Shown here: piece by piece, positions 1 to 10,317 of the stretch
How the letters are laid out: every line of letters begins with the position of its first letter
Position numbering within the stretch: position 1 is the first letter of the stretch
Assembly: GCF_009914755.1 (NCBI RefSeq)
Contig: NC_060929.1
Length of the DNA stretch: 64,000 nt
Source of the DNA: the human T2T-CHM13v2.0 reference genome, Homo sapiens
Direction: 5' to 3' (one strand)
Notes under the pieces: generated by a model
What the model saw: the letters and a program-made list of their open reading frames with translations, nothing else
The model's database searches: none
What the model was told of the DNA's origin: nothing
Position numbers and translations under genes: made by a program

Positions 1-774
1 CAAGGGCACCTGATTAGTTACCTCTCAAAAGAGAGGTAGAGACACAGTGCTGAAACCAGAACCTCACCCCAGAGACCAAGCTGATCCAACTCCTTTCTGC
101 TGGATGGAAAGTCAGGAGCTCACCCTCCTCACCAGGGGCTTGGGAATAAATATTCCATGCTCTTCTGCATGCCTGCTTTGTCATATTTGGAATACAGCCC
201 CAATGATGAGATGCCTAGCATGTTCATTCTGCTACAAGACCAAAGGACACTAATAAAGGTGTCAAAGCTGACAATTGTTTGGAAAGCAAAGAAAGAAGTG
301 AGGAAAGGAAACTGCAGCCTTTGATTCAATAATGAATTTTGCATAAAGGGCTCCATATTACAGTGCACCAGAGACCATCCTGCCACACACTTCACGTTCT
401 ATTTTTTATGAGAAAGAGGAAAATGAGGGGAAATTTTCAAACAGATATTAGGAGAGTATTCAAGAAAGTAAGTTCACACATATATCTTGATTTAAGCAGG
501 TGGACCCAAGCCATTTATATTTTACAGCATAGTAAAAGCTTAGAGTGGAAAAGAAGCATCTAGTCCAATCCCTTCATCTTCCAGATAAGCAAATTGAAAC
601 ACCTGGGGATTAAGTAACAAGTTGCACACCGTCAGCCTTGTAGTGGCTGACTTAGGAAGAAGAGCCATGGGGCTTGTCTTTTTGTCTAATCCCTCCTGAC
701 TCTTGGACTGTAAGGCTAGAAGGAAACTTGGAGTTGTTCTTCTCCAGGGGCACACTTCTCTCTGGGCTTGTGAA

Positions 775-1320
775 ATTCATTCATTTACTCAAGTAATAGT
801 TACTGAGCACTTATTATGTGCCAGATGCCATTCTTGGTACTTGAGCACACAACAAGCTCTGGACAGAGAACAGAACAGGTGCCTGCTCCTTTTTCATTTT
901 CATTCCAGTAGGCGATGTCAATTAACAAGTGCACAAATAAAGTGTACAGCACAACTTCAGATAGCGTTCTGTGCTCTGAGGGAAATAAAATAGAGCATTG
1001 TGACAGAGAGGTACCGAGGGAGAAAGGACAACTGGGAAAGCCTCTCCAAGAGGCAACATTCACTAGAGCTGAGACCTGAATGATGAGAAGGAGCCAGTCA
1101 CATGGAATTCAGAAGGAAGGGGTTTCAGGTCAGAAGGAACAGCACCCGTGAACACCCTAGGCAAGCGTGGGATGTGGTGTGTACAGAAAAGAAGCCCGTG
1201 TCTGGAACAGAGTGGGCGAGGGGTTGATGCTAGAAGGGGAGGTCAGATCAGTGGGCAGAGGCAGGACGCTGAGGTGGCAGGCACTTGCCCTGGAGCCCCT
1301 GGAAGGTAGAAACAGGACTG
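775..1320 (-). mobile_element. L2 LINE fragment (3' end)
   Basis: cattcattt...tactgagcacttattatgtgccag is the reverse complement of the L2 3' terminus, followed by degraded L2 body; ends approximate. Confidence 0.65.
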
Positions 1321-1669
1321 AGATAAGAACTGGAGGCTCCAGGCTCACAAGTTTTATGGTTCTGTGCCAGCCATGGTGTGCAGGCTCTTCCGTCCTGGAG
1401 ACCTTATGCTGAGTCACCAGGTCAGTTATGGGAGGTGCCACACTGGCCCCTGGACACGTTGTCCTCACACTCAAAACCTGGCAAGGGACAAGCTCTCGAA
1501 GGCCAAAGGAGTCCCCAGGAGCAGAGAGACCAGACAGTATTGAGATGGAGAGTGGCCCTCTCCCTTCCCTTTAGCCACCATGACTCATACAAGCTTAGTC
1601 AGTCATGAATCAGCCCTACAAGCCCAGAAGAAGGGCTCAGTAAGGCCTAAGGCTAATTTTGAAATCATT

Positions 1670-2140
1670 ATTATTAATTTTTAATTATACAAGAACTCAT
1701 GAATACATTTTCCTGGTTAAAAAATAAATACATAAACTAAAACATGGTCCCTATAGCTAATGTCCCCATAGACTCCTCTCTAATCCTGTCATCTTGTCAT
1801 CACCCCCCAACTTCTATCCCACTATTACTAGTAGTTCAGTGAATAGCCTTCCAGACAATTTTTTTTTTTGTGAGACAGAGACTCACTCTGTCGCCAACCA
1901 TTTCTTATTCCATAAAAGGCATCCCTCACCAGACAACAAGTCTTGAATAGTCCAGGTTACTACATAAATATGCACCCCATTTTTCAAATTGCTGTGTAAT
2001 ATTCCTCAGTATGATATGCCACAGCTTATCTCCCTGTGAACTGTAGTTTAGACTGTTCCCAATCTTTTTGTATTACAAAAAAAAGTTGAAATAAAATTTC
2101 CTTTTGGTATATTTTTGTGAGTATGTCTCTACAGTAGATG
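1670..2140 (-). mobile_element. Old L1M fragment carrying a tiny Alu 3' remnant
   Basis: aaattgctgtgtaatattcctcagtatgatatgccacagcttat...ttagactgttcccaatctttttgtattacaaa resembles an antisense L1M 3' region. Confidence 0.5.
1859..1895 (-). mobile_element. Very short Alu 3' end (~25 bp plus tail)
   Basis: T-tract + gagacagagactcactctgtcgcc matches the reverse complement of the Alu 3' end. Confidence 0.75.
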
Positions 2141-5100
2141 AAAGGGTTTCCTCTTAGACGTAATTCACAAATGGAAACTGAATTGGTCATGGGAATTTCT
2201 AAACACTGAGTGGCTGTCGAGAGCCGGGAGACTTGTCTTTATTATTACTGCCATTGTGGACTCACTGCATGATTTTACCCAATTCCTAACTTCTTTGGGA
2301 CTCTGTACAAGGAGAAACTTAGTTTTGATGAACGCTAAGAACTCTTACAGTTCTTGCCTCCTACAACTCTATGATTTGGGGTATCAAACCTGTGGGGTTC
2401 TCTCCCAAGTCGAGGTTTGATTCCCATTCCAAGGTTATAGGGCACTTGCAGGAGGGCATTGCTGTGGGTTGCAACACATCAAGATCACAGTGTTCCACTC
2501 CAGGCAGTAGAACGTACTGTACAGAGGTCAATGGGGAAATGACTAGCACACACATAGCCACTGACTTCTGCCTTTCCTTTTCCATGCCCTTTCTGGATAT
2601 TAGGGGATATGATGTCACCTTGTATAAATGCTGTATAAATGCCTGAACCTGAACCCATAATTTATAATGAGATGTAACCACAACCTACTCTGCACAGACT
2701 TTAGTTTACAAAGCACACAGTTTCTCATGACATTCCTTGAACAATCCTGAGATATATTCCATGAAGGGATAATTATAACATATAACAATGTGCAGTGAAT
2801 ATTATTATTCATTACAGCTTAGTAGATTGAAACAAAGAATGAATTGATTGCCCAAGGTCACCTAGCTAGGAAGTGAGGGCAAACTAGAGCCCAGATGTTC
2901 TGATTCCCAGTTCTTTTCTCTTGCACAGGGCAACAATGGACTTCACTGTTGTGTGGCTGTGAACCCATTTGTAATTATTAATAACTAGAAGAGACATGCA
3001 TCCTCAGCAGATTCTAAAGCATTTACTGGAAGACCATATTCAGAGACAGAATTTAGGTCTCAAAGAGCCAAGGAAATAAAGAGGGAAGAGGACCAAACAT
3101 TGGGGAAGGGGGCATGGGAGTTAATTAGCTGAACTCCAAACTGAAATAAATAAGTCCATGTTGTCTGAAAGGCTTTTACTCCATGGATTAATGAAAGATG
3201 CTGTTAGGGATGATTTAGCTAGACTGGTCATGGAAGGGAAGGTTTTCCTAGAGCAGAGGCAACTAAGGTAATATCTAGAGCATAACAAGGTTCCAGCTGT
3301 GTAAAGAATCAAAAGAGCAAACCAGGTATAGGAAGCAGTGAGTACAAGGTTCCCAAGATGAACAAATTCACGGGAAGGTCAGCGAATTTCCTCTGCTCAG
3401 GAAACCAAAGGGGGATAGGGTAGGGGCATGGGATAGAGTGAGCCTTCTCAATGCTTGACCTGGGTAGTCAGTGCTAGAGGAGCTCTGAGGACAGAGTCAA
3501 GAAGATGGAACTTAAAGGAATCTTGAGGAAATAACCAGCTTTATTCAAGGGAAACAGAGGAGGTGGGCACTACAAGCAGGAGAACTGAAGCTGAAGAGAA
3601 AATGTGGGTCGATAATGAGTAACCCACAAAACCTGGCAATGGACAAGCTTTCAATGGTCAAGGGAGCTCCCAGGAGCAGAGTGAAGCCCCTCTATGCCTA
3701 ATCTGTAAAATGGAACGTAGGATAGAATGTTCCCTGACATCTTTTTTAGATGGTTCTACCAATAAAATAAAAAACAGCCCAGAGAAGGTTAGCCAAGGGA
3801 ATGGCAGCACTGAGTCCAGTTTTCAGATCTCCCAAATTCCTATCCAGAGCTGCCTCCACCTCAGCTCCTTCCTTCTGCTGGAAGAATGACCATCAGGAAG
3901 GAGGTTTGGGCTGTGGCCACATGTGAGTGTGAGGCCTCAGAAGAATCCTATGGTGGGGCCATCTGCATGGAGCACCCCTGGAGCCCATGCTGTAGCCTCC
4001 GGCACTCTGATCTCAAAGCCAGTTCCTTTGTTTCCCCAAGAAACTTCCCAAAGATGTTGGGAGCCACTTTGATTTTGGTTTTGTTTTCCTTAACATTTCC
4101 CCACAAAACAATGTGAGGAACAAGAGGAAAAGCATGGCCCAGTCACAAAGCTATTTCAACCAGAAAAACAGGTCTAAATCCTATCAATTCTACCTAGGTT
4201 TCAGAGATCCCCAAGAGAGGAAAGGGGGACAGAAGCTCAGAGAGCTTCATACAAAGCACCACTCCCTGTGGGAAGTCTGTTCTGTGTTCAGGGCCTGGGG
4301 CTCAGCACAAACCAGTGGTGTCCCTTGGGGAACAAAAGTCCCTACCCCAACCGAGAATGTGGTCAGATCTGCCAAACTTCAAACTTGGTTCAACCGCTCT
4401 ATGCTTAGAACCAAGAACACTAGAGCGAAAGGAACTGAAGAAATTATCCAGTCTAATCCTTCAACAGCATTTGCCATCACATATACAATACCCTAAAGAA
4501 CATACTGTATCTATTTTCTGTAATTTTCTTTTTATTTAATCACATACTATGAAAACCCTCCCCCACAATTATACATAGATCTTTCTCATGTTGTTAACCA
4601 TAACATATTATTTTTCAAAACTAAGAAAAGAAATAGTCACCTTTGGTAAGATATTCAGATAGTCTAGGGATGGCAAGTAGAAACTATGAGACTACAAGCA
4701 CCCTCCCCACCATTCCCACACCTTATAGACTAAAAGGACTTTGTATTCAAGATGAGGGTGAGTGAGAATTTATTTGTAAATGAACAGGAGCAGGATGAGG
4801 AGGAGGCAGAGATGCAATGGGACGGGAATGAGAGAAAGGCAACCAGAGAGAAAAGTCAGGGGCCAAGAGTTGCCTTGGTCAATAACAGCAATGGGAGGCA
4901 GGGAGCAGAAAGTGAGGAGGAGAGCTTGAGATGACCCCAGTTAGGGACAGGGAGTCAGGAAAGATGGGAGCTCTTTGTGGTGAAGAAGAGCCCAGTAACG
5001 GCAGCCCAGCAACAGCCCCTGAGGTGCAAGGCCATGGCCATGGGTGAAGCTGGCCCCAAAACCTTTCCTTTTTCCCCTCAGAGAAGTTGGAAGGTTTGTC

Positions 5101-5570
5101 TCCCAATGATTTTGCCACATGGTTTTTCAACACCCAGAGCCTTTGCCAGTTTCCCGGTGAGATTTGTTTATCTCCATTCTGGAGTCTTAATGTTCAAAAC
5201 AAACTTCCAGACAAAGGGATCCTCTGCTCTGTGGTTCTCAGCTCCATTCTCCTGCAAGGACAGAGTCAACAACACCGATCCCCTGATGACTTTCACAGCC
5301 ATGTCCACAGAGAATCCCACCCCCAGCTTCCTCCTGCGTCTTTCCCGCTGCCTCTGATTGTTGTGGACATCCTCAAGGGCATAGCTTGTATAGCTTATTT
5401 TAGCCCCTTTTTTCCTATCCTTATAAACTATGCAGAGAAAATAAGATTGTTCCCCCGGCAGATGTTATTTGGGCCTTAAAAAGTGGCCCAAGACCCAGTG
5501 ATCTCTTCTAAGAGGTGAAGTCATCAGCATCTAGCTGGATACATTATCGAAAAGAACCCCAGACAAGAAG

Positions 5571-5645
5571 AATTCATCAATTAATCTCATTAATTGATGA
5601 ATAATTAATTCATTAATTCATCAATTAATTTATCAATTAATTAAT
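5571..5645. repeat. AT-rich inverted/direct repeat cluster
   Basis: ATTCATCAATTAAT (5572-5585) and its reverse complement (5589-5602) with a 3-nt loop; arm repeated directly at 5615-5629. Confidence 0.9.
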
Positions 5646-5789
5646 CACCTGAAAATTTTCAGGCATATTTTCGTGGCCACCACTCTGTGGAAAAGCCCAA
5701 CAGATTTCCATAAGTAGAAAATGACAGCATTGTCACTGAGGGCAGGTATAAGTGAGGGGTGATATTAATAATTAGTATGCAACCAGCCT

Positions 5790-5960
5790 TTATTTGTCAT
5801 GCATTACACTAAGTCCTTTAATATATACGACAATCCAAAAGGTAGGCACTGTGGTTGTACCCTTGTACAGATGAAAACTTTGAGGCTTATAGAGGCTAAG
5901 TATCTTCCCCAAAGTGAGACAGCTAGAAAGTGATGAAGCTGAGATTAAAAGTCAGGAAGG
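5790..5960 (-). mobile_element. MIR SINE
   Basis: tacagatgaaaactttgaggcttatagaggctaagtatcttccccaaagtgagacagctag is an antisense MIR core. Confidence 0.75.
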
Positions 5961-6544
5961 CTGGAAACGGCACCTGGGCTCTTCCCCAGGCCACCATCGG
6001 GTTTAGCTAATTTATATTTTGCTTAGTTAATTGTCTCCCCGCTGTCCCAGGATTGGATTTATGCTTATGAGGTTGGAGTTCTTTTTATTTCTTTATTTTT
6101 TATTTTTTCTGCAATCATCCATTATTGGGTAGAGCTCTTGTCTGTCCTGTTCTCCACGGTATCCCCAGAAGCCAGCACTGGGGCTACCACAAAGCATACC
6201 CTCGATAAATAATTGCTGAGTGAATGAACTAATGAATGAATATCATGCTTTCATTTGACTATTTCTTATAATTTGAAATTTTCTGAACATTGAGGCCTTG
6301 GGTGATAACTAAATATGCTCATGGAATAGAACAGTTAATTTTACATGTCTAATTTATCTGAACTTTCTCCCAGAAAAATGTTTTTCCAAGCATTAGAATC
6401 TAGCAAGTTACCTGCAACTTGGAAACTGAACAAGGAATCCCATCTGAAAATGTAGAGGACACATAAAGTGGAATAATTTAAATATTTACTAATCACTTAC
6501 GTTTTCAAAGCTGTTTTAGGCCTCTACCCTTTTCAAAGAGCTGT

Positions 6545-6665
6545 CTATGAATCACCTGGGATGCTTGTTTCAAATGCTGAGCAAGGGAGTCCAGGGCCTG
6601 GGAATCTGCATTTTTGGAGGTATCTCAGGCGTTTGTTATCGACACAAAATTTTAAGAACGACCGT
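6545..6665. mobile_element. MER5-type hAT-Charlie relic
   Basis: gaatcacctgggatgcttgtttcaaatgc...gggcctgggaatctgcatttt...tttaagaacgacc. Confidence 0.6.
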
Positions 6666-6713
6666 GAGGACATTAGGGCTATTTTTACCTCCACCCCATT
6701 GGACAAAATTCTT

Positions 6714-6960
6714 TTTTAAAAAATTATTATTATACTTTAAGTTCTAGGGTACATGTGCACAACGTGCAGGTTTGTTACCTAGGTATACATGTGCCATGTT
6801 GGTTTGCTGCACCCATCAACTCATCATTTACATTAGGTATTTCTCCTAATGCTATCCCTCCCCCAGTCCCCTATCCCACAACAAGCCCCAGTGTGTGATG
6901 TTCCCCTCCCTGTGTCCATGTGCTCTTATTGTTCAACTCCCACTTATGAGTGAGAACATG
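6714..6960 (-). mobile_element. 5'-truncated L1PA 3' end with 14-bp TSD
   Basis: ttattatactttaagttctagggtacatgtgcacaacgtgcagg...cccacttatgagtgagaacatg; perfect TSD TGGACAAAATTCTT at 6700-6713 and 6961-6974; target reads TT/AAGAA on the minus strand (L1 endonuclease-like). Confidence 0.95.
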
Positions 6961-7769
6961 TGGACAAAATTCTTAACAATCTATCAAATGTGTTTCAAAT
7001 CTATTGATCCTTAGGTTTATCCAAAGATTCTTTAATCCTGATCACCTCTCGGGGTCATGAGCCATATCCTTTTTTTCCTCCCTGTGTAAGGTAGAAACGT
7101 TGTATTTATCTAAAAGCATTGTATAAAAACATCGTATTTGTCTTTCCCCAATTTTAATAGGGCAGCTATCTAATCTCACACTGATATCCCAGACTTTAGT
7201 GCACTGAGCCACTCTCACACAGGATCAAGCTAGAAGTGAGAAGATCTGGTCCGATTCTGCCACAAGATGCTGTGTGTCTTAGGGCACGTTGCCCAGCCTC
7301 TCTGACACCCTGTTTCCTTGTCTAAGCTGGGGCTGTGAGTGTTCACAGCCTTTTGAGTCTGCACATGCTCTAATTGAAGTCATGCTATAGACAAGGATCA
7401 TGTGCCCTCACAGTCTTGTTTTTCAGCACTCAAAAGTCATGCTTCTATGATCATGAATTAGGTTCAGAAAGTGACAGAGTAAGTAGTCACAGGAATGTAA
7501 AGAGCCCTATCCCACTGAATCAATTGTGACTAAAACACCTTGGAATATAAACTTCTACAATACACACGTATAAGACATAATTACAAAAAAAAAAAAAAAA
7601 CAACAACAACTTGGGGGAAGAGTTAGTTGACCATATGAAAACTAGGGTGGACCTGTGAGGCCACATACCTGCTGTTCTCCTCAGACGGGGAAGTGTTTCA
7701 GGGTGGGGCGCCTAGGCAGTCTACTCTTAGGGCTGTGTAATATTAAACCCAGAAAATGTCTGGGTTGCT

Positions 7770-7900
7770 CTGTCAACAAATATTTATTGGTAGCCACTAT
7801 ATGCCGGGCCCTGTGCTAGGTATTGGGGGCCTGTAGGTGAACCCTACGGACAGACCCATTCTTTCACGGAGCTAACATTCTCGTGGGGAAAAGAGGTAAT
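7770..7900 (-). mobile_element. L2 3' fragment
   Basis: tcaacaaatatttattgg...ctatatgccgggccctgtgctagg...cacggagctaacattct. Confidence 0.7.
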
Positions 7901-8248
7901 AAACAATTCTAATGATGAATCAGCGATAGAGGATAAAGGGAATCTGTGAGGGAAGAGGGGACATAAACGCTGGGAGGCTGGAAGAGCCCCTTACGTGTTA
8001 TCCACTTGTCCAGACGCCATATTCATAGTTGAGAAAGATGAGGCAGAGACGGTAGTGACCGGCTTGAGCCTAGACTGCGCCAAGCTTGCCAGAGCAGAGC
8101 CGGGTGGAAACTGTCTTCCTGCAAAGCCAGGTTTTCCTTCACGGCCCCTCCTAATGATGTTTCTTTTCCTATCATTGTCGAGCCCTTAGAACCCCAGGAT
8201 CGAGGGAGGGAAAACAAGCGCTCAAGCACTCCCTCGTTGGTCCCAGGA

Positions 8249-8305
8249 CACAAGGCCTCGTCCATCTCACAAGGCCTCGTCCATCTCACAAGGCCTCGTC
8301 CATCT
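8249..8305. repeat. Minisatellite, 3 perfect copies of a 19-bp unit
   Basis: CACAAGGCCTCGTCCATCT at 8249-8267, 8268-8286, 8287-8305. Confidence 0.97.
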
Positions 8306-8371
8306 CCCATCACACCCTAGGGCCCAGGCAGAAGCCCGGCGGGGCGGGGCCTCGGACACGCGCCGGTGCGT

Positions 8372-8386
8372 CCAGCAGGTGGCAGC
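8372..8386 (+). promoter_or_regulatory. CTCF consensus motif
   Basis: CCAGCAGGTGGCAGC fits the CCASYAGRKGGCRS core; binding not shown. Confidence 0.6.
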
Positions 8387-8389
8387 AGC

Positions 8390-8561
8390 GAGCGGCCGCG
8401 CCCCCTGCGCTGCCAACCCGCGAGCCCGCATCATGGATGTCGAGCTCCCCTATTTCGCATTGCTAGCCCTGGAATTCGAGACCCCAGACGAGGACCAGGA
8501 TTCATGAAATCAGTCGCAGGGGCCGGGGCAGGGGCCTCTGGCTCCCGACACTGGCCGAGAG
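8390..8561 (+). other. ABLIM3: ABLIM3 non-coding exon 1 (5' end approximate)
   Basis: Good donor GAG|GTGGGT after 8561 inside the CpG island, downstream of the GC boxes; the TSS cannot be read from sequence. Confidence 0.7.
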
Positions 8562-8915
8562 GTGGGTTCCGGGGCGGGTCGCTGCTCCTTGAAGCCGGGC
8601 GGGGACGCGCTGCCCCCGCCCTGCCTCCCTGTGGTCCACACCCCCTTTGGGCTCCGGAGCCGCTGGGCAGGAATAGTCCGGGGTGCGCGCGAGCAGGCGC
8701 TGCCAACCCCACTTCTGCCCGGGATTCCAATCTGAGGAGCAGGAGGACCGGGGCGCCGGTGTCCTGCCGCCTCCTTCTCCTTGCTCTCACCTGCGCCTAT
8801 TAGTCCACGCGCCTTCAAGGCCAGGGGCTACAGCCCAGACAGAGAGGGGACAGCAGAGGGAGAGAGAGCACCTGAGGATACAGAGCTGGCACTGGACTGC
8901 CTTTTCACCCCCCAG

Positions 8916-9002
8916 GTGATGAGTGAGGTTCGAAGAACGGAAGATTTAAAAAGCAGCCGGGGCCTCCGTATTGAATGAAAGACCCAGTGCAAAGACATCA
9001 CC
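8916..9002 (+). other. ABLIM3: ABLIM3 exon 2, 5'UTR part
   Basis: Pyrimidine tract and acceptor ccttttcacccccCAG| ending at 8915; continuous to the ATG at 9003. Confidence 0.8.
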
Positions 9003-9015
9003 ATGAACACTAGCA
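9003..9015 (+). CDS. ABLIM3: ABLIM3 first coding segment (MNTS + 1 nt)
   Basis: cacc ATG AAC ACT AGC A|gtaagt: A at -3 and consensus donor; joins 50342 in phase 1 to give MNTSIPYQQ..., the ABLIM3 N-terminus as I recall it. Confidence 0.92.
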
Positions 9016-9948
9016 GTAAGTGGATCCTCCTCTCCTTTGCCATGGGAACAGGGGTGGGGGCGGGAGGTGAGGGAGCCTGCGCTCGGGCTGCCTGGAAAGA
9101 GGAAGGAAGCCTGGCATCTCTGGACACATGACCCCCAGGCTCCTTTTTGGTGCTTTCCGTGCTCCTTGGCAGAGGGATAGCTTCATGACTCTGGCTTTTC
9201 GTGATAATTTTGCCAATATTTTATCAGCGGCGCCGGCCGCCTCTCCTGGGAAGGCTGCTCGTCTCCTTCTAGCACTGCCTGGGAAGGCCTAGGAAGCAGT
9301 GTGTGGCCATTGTCTGACTGTGGGGGCTCTGAGGAGAACTCCCTGCACACATCTGGAAAACCATGGAGGGCCCTGCCTGTCCCAGAGGTGGGAAGAGCAG
9401 GGAGGCTGGCCTGTGGGCAGGCGGGAGGGTAGGTGGGTGTGGGCAGGCAGTGGGCTGGGAAGCCGCAGTTTGATAAACAAATAATCGCCAAGCCACCTTT
9501 GGGTCTGGAGATTGTGAAAGATCCAGCTCCCGAGTGCCTGCAGCCCGGTGGGCCCAGGGCTGGTTTCTCTATGTACCTGCAGGCTGGTTAGCTATCCTTG
9601 AGAACAAGAAGACAGGAACAGCCCTTTGGCCAAGGGCTCTAACATGCCAGAGGCAACAACTGCTTGCAGAGCCAGGACCAGATATTTTGCTGCCAGGTAG
9701 GGCCTCAGCTACTGAGAATGCAGTCCGAAATTCAAGAAGGCACAGTCTGTTTCTCTTCAATGTAGCGCTGTGACCTGGGAGGGCATATCTTGGTTCCAGA
9801 CTCACTCTCCTGCCCTCTTGTCAGCTTGGCCTGTCTAGGTTGTTCCAGCATCGCATAGGGCTGTTGAACCAGAGAACCCCTATGAACAGTCACTTCCCTG
9901 GGTCTATGACTTTGTTATCAGTCCCCTCTCTGCATCTCAGACTGCTCA

Positions 9949-10317
<369 letters not shown>

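Larger units (their letters stand above)
8240..8810. promoter_or_regulatory. ABLIM3: CpG island / ABLIM3 promoter
   Basis: High GC and dense CpG against a CpG-poor background; tandem GC boxes GGCGGGGCGGGGC at 8338-8350; no obvious TATA box; directly upstream of the start-codon exon. Confidence 0.9.

Noticed and set aside
8366-8919. Several 78-145 aa ORFs on both strands in the CpG island
   Set aside because: Stops are rare in GC-rich DNA; Arg/Pro/Gly/Ala-rich translations run across the exon 1 donor
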